Shown here piece by piece: positions 60,401 to 64,000 of a DNA stretch of 64,000 bases. The stretch is from Lytechinus pictus (Eukaryota). How positions within the stretch are numbered: the first letter of the stretch is position 1; the number at the start of each line of letters is the position of its first letter. The stretch lies in NCBI RefSeq assembly GCF_037042905.1, contig NC_087246.1, positions 7,194,001 to 7,258,000 on the forward strand. Direction: 5' to 3'. Under the pieces are notes generated by a model. That model made no database searches. It was given only the letters and a program-made list of their open reading frames with translations, and had not been told where the DNA came from. The position numbers were made by a program, and so were the translations under genes.

Positions 60401-63400
60401 GATACTTCCAAATCTCACAGAAATTATTAATCAATCTTTGGCATCAGGTGTGTATCTGTTACCACTCAGTGTAGCTATGATATCTCCTATTCTCAAGAAA
60501 CTGTCAATGAGCAAGAAGGAGCTTCAGAATTATCGGCCAGTTTCGAATATCAGATATATGGGCAAGCTTATTGAAACTGCTGTTTCAAACCAGCTTGCAT
60601 CATATGTTGAGTCCAATCAGCTCATGGATACACATCAGTCAGCAAACAGGGCTCAACATAGCACTGAGACTGCTCTGGTCTGTGTCCATGATTATATCTG
60701 TAGGGCTTTGGATAACCAACAAGCAGTTTTTATGATTCTACTCGATTTATCCGCAGCATTTGATACAGTAGATCATGGTTTGCTACTCAGCAGATTACAA
60801 AAACGGTATGGTATCACCGGATCTGCACTAGCCTGGTTTGAATCCTACCTCCAGAATCGCAGATATCATGTAAGAATACACACCTCAACTTCTGATGACT
60901 CTCTTCTTGAATACGAAGTTCCACAGGGTTCAGTTAATGGCCCACAGTGTTTTAATTTATATCTTCAACCAGTGGTAGATATTTTACAGAAGCATGATGT
61001 CCGACACCATATTCATGCTGATGACATCCAGATTTACTGTGCATGCAATCCAAAGGTTCCACAAAGTATCAATGAGTCGTTAGACAAGTTACCAAAGTAT
61101 ATGTCTGATGTTCATTCATTGATGCTGACTAATAAACTGAAACTGAACCAAGACAAGACCGAATTCATGATTGCAGCATCTTCTAAGCATCACCAGCAGC
61201 TACAAGATGTTCAGCTTAAGATTGATAAACATACTATTATTAAATAGGGTACCCTGCTCGACAAGCCATCTGGCTTTTTGTGGCTTTCCCCTAATTCCTG
61301 TTATAACTACAATATGTTAACATTATTCGTATATACCATGTATGCCAAATTATTGTTTAATCTTTGCTTTCCTGTTGTGTATAGATAGATGTAATTTTGT
61401 TTAATGTTATATTTATATGGAATTTGAAATAAATGAACTGAACTGAACAGAAATGTTCATCGTCTGTTCACATTCTGGGTGTTACTTATGATAAATGTAT
61501 GAATATGTCGGAACATGTGTCTAAATCAGTTAATTTCCATTTACGTAATATTAGTAGAATTAGAAAGTTTGTTAATAAAGATTCCTGTCATGCAGCTGTA
61601 AGATCACTAATCCTATCACGTTTAGATTATTGTAACTCACTTCTCAATGGCATATCACTTAAAGACCTTAGCTCTCTTCAACTCCTTCAAAATAAAGCAG
61701 CAAAGCTTATACAAGTTGTAAATCAAAGTATGACCATGTCTCTCCTCTTATAAATGATCTCCACTGGCTCCAAGTTAATGATCGTATCAAACATAAGACC
61801 TTAATTCTAGCTTATAATTGTGTTAACAATCAAGCCCCAACCTATTCAGCTGACCTTCTCTAAGCACACACATCCAAATACAACACTCACTCAGCCACTA
61901 GTACTCTTGCTGTACCTCATACTGCTAAACAAATAGGTGATAGGGCCATTTCGATCGTTGCCCCTAAAACATGGAACTCCTTGCCGCCTTCACTAAAGAC
62001 TTCCCCAACACTTTCCTCATTTAAGAAATGTCTAAAAACTTACCTATTCTAATTTTTCTGTACGGTTTCCATTTAATGTTCATAATTTTGTAGTTATTAT
62101 TCTTATGTTTCATACTCCCTATTTGTGTTTCTGTTTATTTCTTTAATGCGCTTTGTATCTGATGAAAAGGTGCTATATAAATGAAGTGTATTATTATTAT
62201 TATTTCTCAAAGCCAGTTATGTATCATTATGTTTGAAAGTGAAGCACATTTTTACACATGACTAGTGAACCTTTCTTGTGTGCTAGATAAAGTTCTCAAT
62301 CAATTTTATTCTCAACAACTAAAATTGAAATAAATTTTTGAATACCAGGGGTACTAAAATCTTCAACCCTAATCGGACCATTCAAAAGTATTCGAAATTT
62401 GAATAGGGTTATAAAAAAACACTGCCATTATGTCAAGAGAAGGAATGTTTGTGATACCACATTACGCCAACCGGTCATCATAAAGTCATCTGAAACAGTT
62501 CCATGAAATACCATCCTAGTCAATGAGAAACTACATACTTACTTAATGAGACTATTATGCTTTGTGACAAGGTATGTGAGCTCTAATGATCCACGGCTAG
62601 AGATCTCCTTCTTGGTCATCTGAGATGGATCAATGGACAATGTTTTTCCTGTCAGATAGAATTCTTTAGGAACCTTCCCTCCTCTTCTTACCTACGATAA
62701 GAGATAGGGCAAATATATTATCAACACTGATTAATCTAAGAAATAAACAGATCACTCACACTTGATTCAATTAGAATGCAATTAGTATTACTCCAATTGA
62801 TGATCATCCCAACAAAAAGTGCTTTTATATTGGACTTTATTCTCAAAGATACAGCACTGTGACACATATTTCCTGTCATTTAAACAAGTTATTCTTCAAA
62901 TGTTAACAGGAAGGGAGGGGGGGGGACATATAATTTGTTTTATCAAATTATGCAATTTTCAAGCTACACACAGAAAAAAGGGTGTTTTTAACGCCTTTCT
63001 GGAGTCTCGTCTGATATCAAGAATCAATTAAATATGCAATATGATCTTTTGACCTGATCATCCTCATGAACACACGTGTGGTATTACCCAATGGTTCTTA
63101 GTAAAATAATTGATGCAGAAAGGAGGGCAATTTGAACAATAACTTGACCTTTTGACTCCTAGATGATCTTTGACCCCATCATCTTCAACACACTTGTGGT
63201 ATTACCTACCAAGTGTAAGCACAATTAATGCTTCTAAAGAAATGAGAGCAATTTGAACAAAAACTTGACCTTGGACACCATCACCCCACGAACACACATG
63301 TGGTATTACCCAAGGATCATATATACCAAGTGTCTACATAATTGATGCAGAAATAAAGAAATGAGAGCAAGTCGAACAAAAACTTCAACGTTATCATTTG

Positions 63401-64000
63401 TCCTTTTGACTCCTAGATGACCTTTGACCCCATAGCCCTCATGAACACACATGTGTTACTACCCAAGGATCATATGCACAAAGTGTCAACATAATTGATG
63501 AAGAAATAAAGAAATGAGAGCAAGTCGAACAAAAACTTTTGTAACAGACATGACCAAATATCATTTAACCTTTTGACACCTAGATGACCTTTGACCTTAT
63601 CACCCTAAAAAAAACCACATGTGGTATTACCCAAGGATCATATGTACCAAGTATAAACTTAATTGACATAGAAACAAAGAAATGAGAGCAAAGAAATGAG
63701 AACAAAATCTTTTAACATTTTTGTAACAGACAAACAGACCAACACACTGACAGGAAAAGTGAATACTAGGTCAACATGTTTGCCTCGTAAAGAGAAAGAA
63801 AGATGAGACAAAAGGGATGAAGGAGATAAAGGATACTTGATCATTTCATAGAGCTTAGTATTTCTTCTATATATGACCAAAAAAAATACATATTTTAAAA
63901 TCCATTTGGAACCACAAAAGCATATTTCATATTGAGTTGACTTACAATAGAAGGACATTGACCATCGCCATCTTCCTCCCTGGTTCCTCCCCAATATCTT
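57289..64000 (-). CDS. SEC14L2: SEC14-like protein (SEC14L2/3/4 family; end of CRAL-TRIO plus GOLD domain); 5'-partial, 4 exons in window
   Basis: Spliced minus-strand frame RYWGGTREEDGDGQCPSI|VRRGGKVPKEFYL...|YEFRTQDSDIAFGI...QRLNCHRVPEMGSIDLKDPGT|YVVKFDNSYSWTKSKKLHYWIELLEP...EEG* resembles SEC14L2 (YGGTMTDPDGNPKC, GGDIPRKYY, DVGFGI, RYNSHLVPEDG, YVLRFDNTYS). Exact paralogue unknown. Confidence 0.92.
57667..58690. mobile_element. Tc1/mariner-like non-autonomous element with ~400-bp inverted arms in SEC14-like last intron
   Basis: ta|cagcgcgtccc...aatgtccctctga ... tcagagggacatt...gggacgcgctg|ta; arms pair through caggctcatcaaa / tttgatgagcctg. Confidence 0.88.
58895..59115. repeat. Compound pentanucleotide microsatellite
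   Basis: Blocks of ggcta, aacta, aactg, cacta, cacaa, then cacta, aacta. Confidence 0.95.
59141..59292 (-). CDS. SEC14-like GOLD exon YEFRTQDSDIAFGIKFIGEDGTKTAIIESQRLNCHRVPEMGSIDLKDPGT
   Basis: Minus-strand tttcag acceptor and gtaaga donor, 152 nt. Confidence 0.94.
59495..62204 (+). mobile_element. 5'-truncated, decayed L2/CR1-group LINE, antisense within SEC14-like intron
   Basis: End of APE endonuclease (PTQKSGHILDLVITR), RT motifs (NYRPVSN, HSTETAL, LDLSAAFDTVDH, VPQGSV, HADD in place of YADD, KLNQDKTE), C-terminal SRLDYCNSLL and FKKCLKTYLF*, (TAT)n tail; several frameshifts and stops. Confidence 0.93.
61244..61450 (+). mobile_element. Short 3' fragment of a second LINE inserted in the first LINE's ORF2
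   Basis: Interrupts the host frame between KHTI and CSSSVHILGVTYD; ends with AATAAA followed by (TGAAC)3. Confidence 0.7.
62543..62691 (-). CDS. SEC14-like exon VRRGGKVPKEFYLTGKTLSIDPSQMTKKEISSRGSLELTYLVTKHNSLI(N)
   Basis: Minus-strand cgtag acceptor and gtaagt donor, 149 nt. Confidence 0.92.
63040..63800 (-). mobile_element. HINE-like element (reverse orientation) with ~130-180-bp tandem repeats
   Basis: Repeated gacctttgacc...acacatgtggtattacccaaggatc...aaagaaatgagagcaa units ending in a cagaca/cagacc microsatellite-like stretch. Confidence 0.6.
63946..64000 (-). CDS. SEC14-like exon (cut by window edge) RYWGGTREEDGDGQCPSI
   Basis: Minus-strand donor ATT|gtaagt, phase 0. Confidence 0.88.

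Noticed and set aside
60135..61247. 370-aa reverse transcriptase ORF as an active or domesticated gene, retron or DGR
   Set aside because: It is part of a 5'-truncated LINE with frameshifts, stops, a HADD motif and a nested insertion.

Overview
AT-rich metazoan genomic DNA, most likely an invertebrate deuterostome such as a sea urchin (inferred from protein similarity and repeat style, not proven). It holds the 3' parts of two convergent spliced genes. (1) On the + strand, a GRK2/3-type beta-adrenergic receptor kinase: 15 coding exons from 5311 to the stop at 39906, covering the end of the RH domain, the whole kinase domain, the PH domain and the C-tail. Its 5' exons lie outside the window. 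(2) On the - strand, the last four coding exons of a SEC14L2/3/4-like CRAL-TRIO+GOLD lipid-binding protein (64000 down to 57289). Introns contain many non-autonomous DNA transposons (hAT-, Harbinger-, Tc1-, TTAA-type MITEs and Helentron-associated HINE-like elements), a decayed L2/CR1-type LINE, minisatellites and microsatellites. No prokaryotic system, CRISPR array or RNA gene was found. The best leads are a candidate 9-nt in-frame microexon in the GRK kinase domain behind a YCAY-rich tract, a candidate alternative last exon, nuclear-receptor response-element clusters carried by repeats, and a triple-nested transposon with repeated GCGAAGC mini-hairpins. All comparisons to human proteins and exon sizes are from memory, not from a search.
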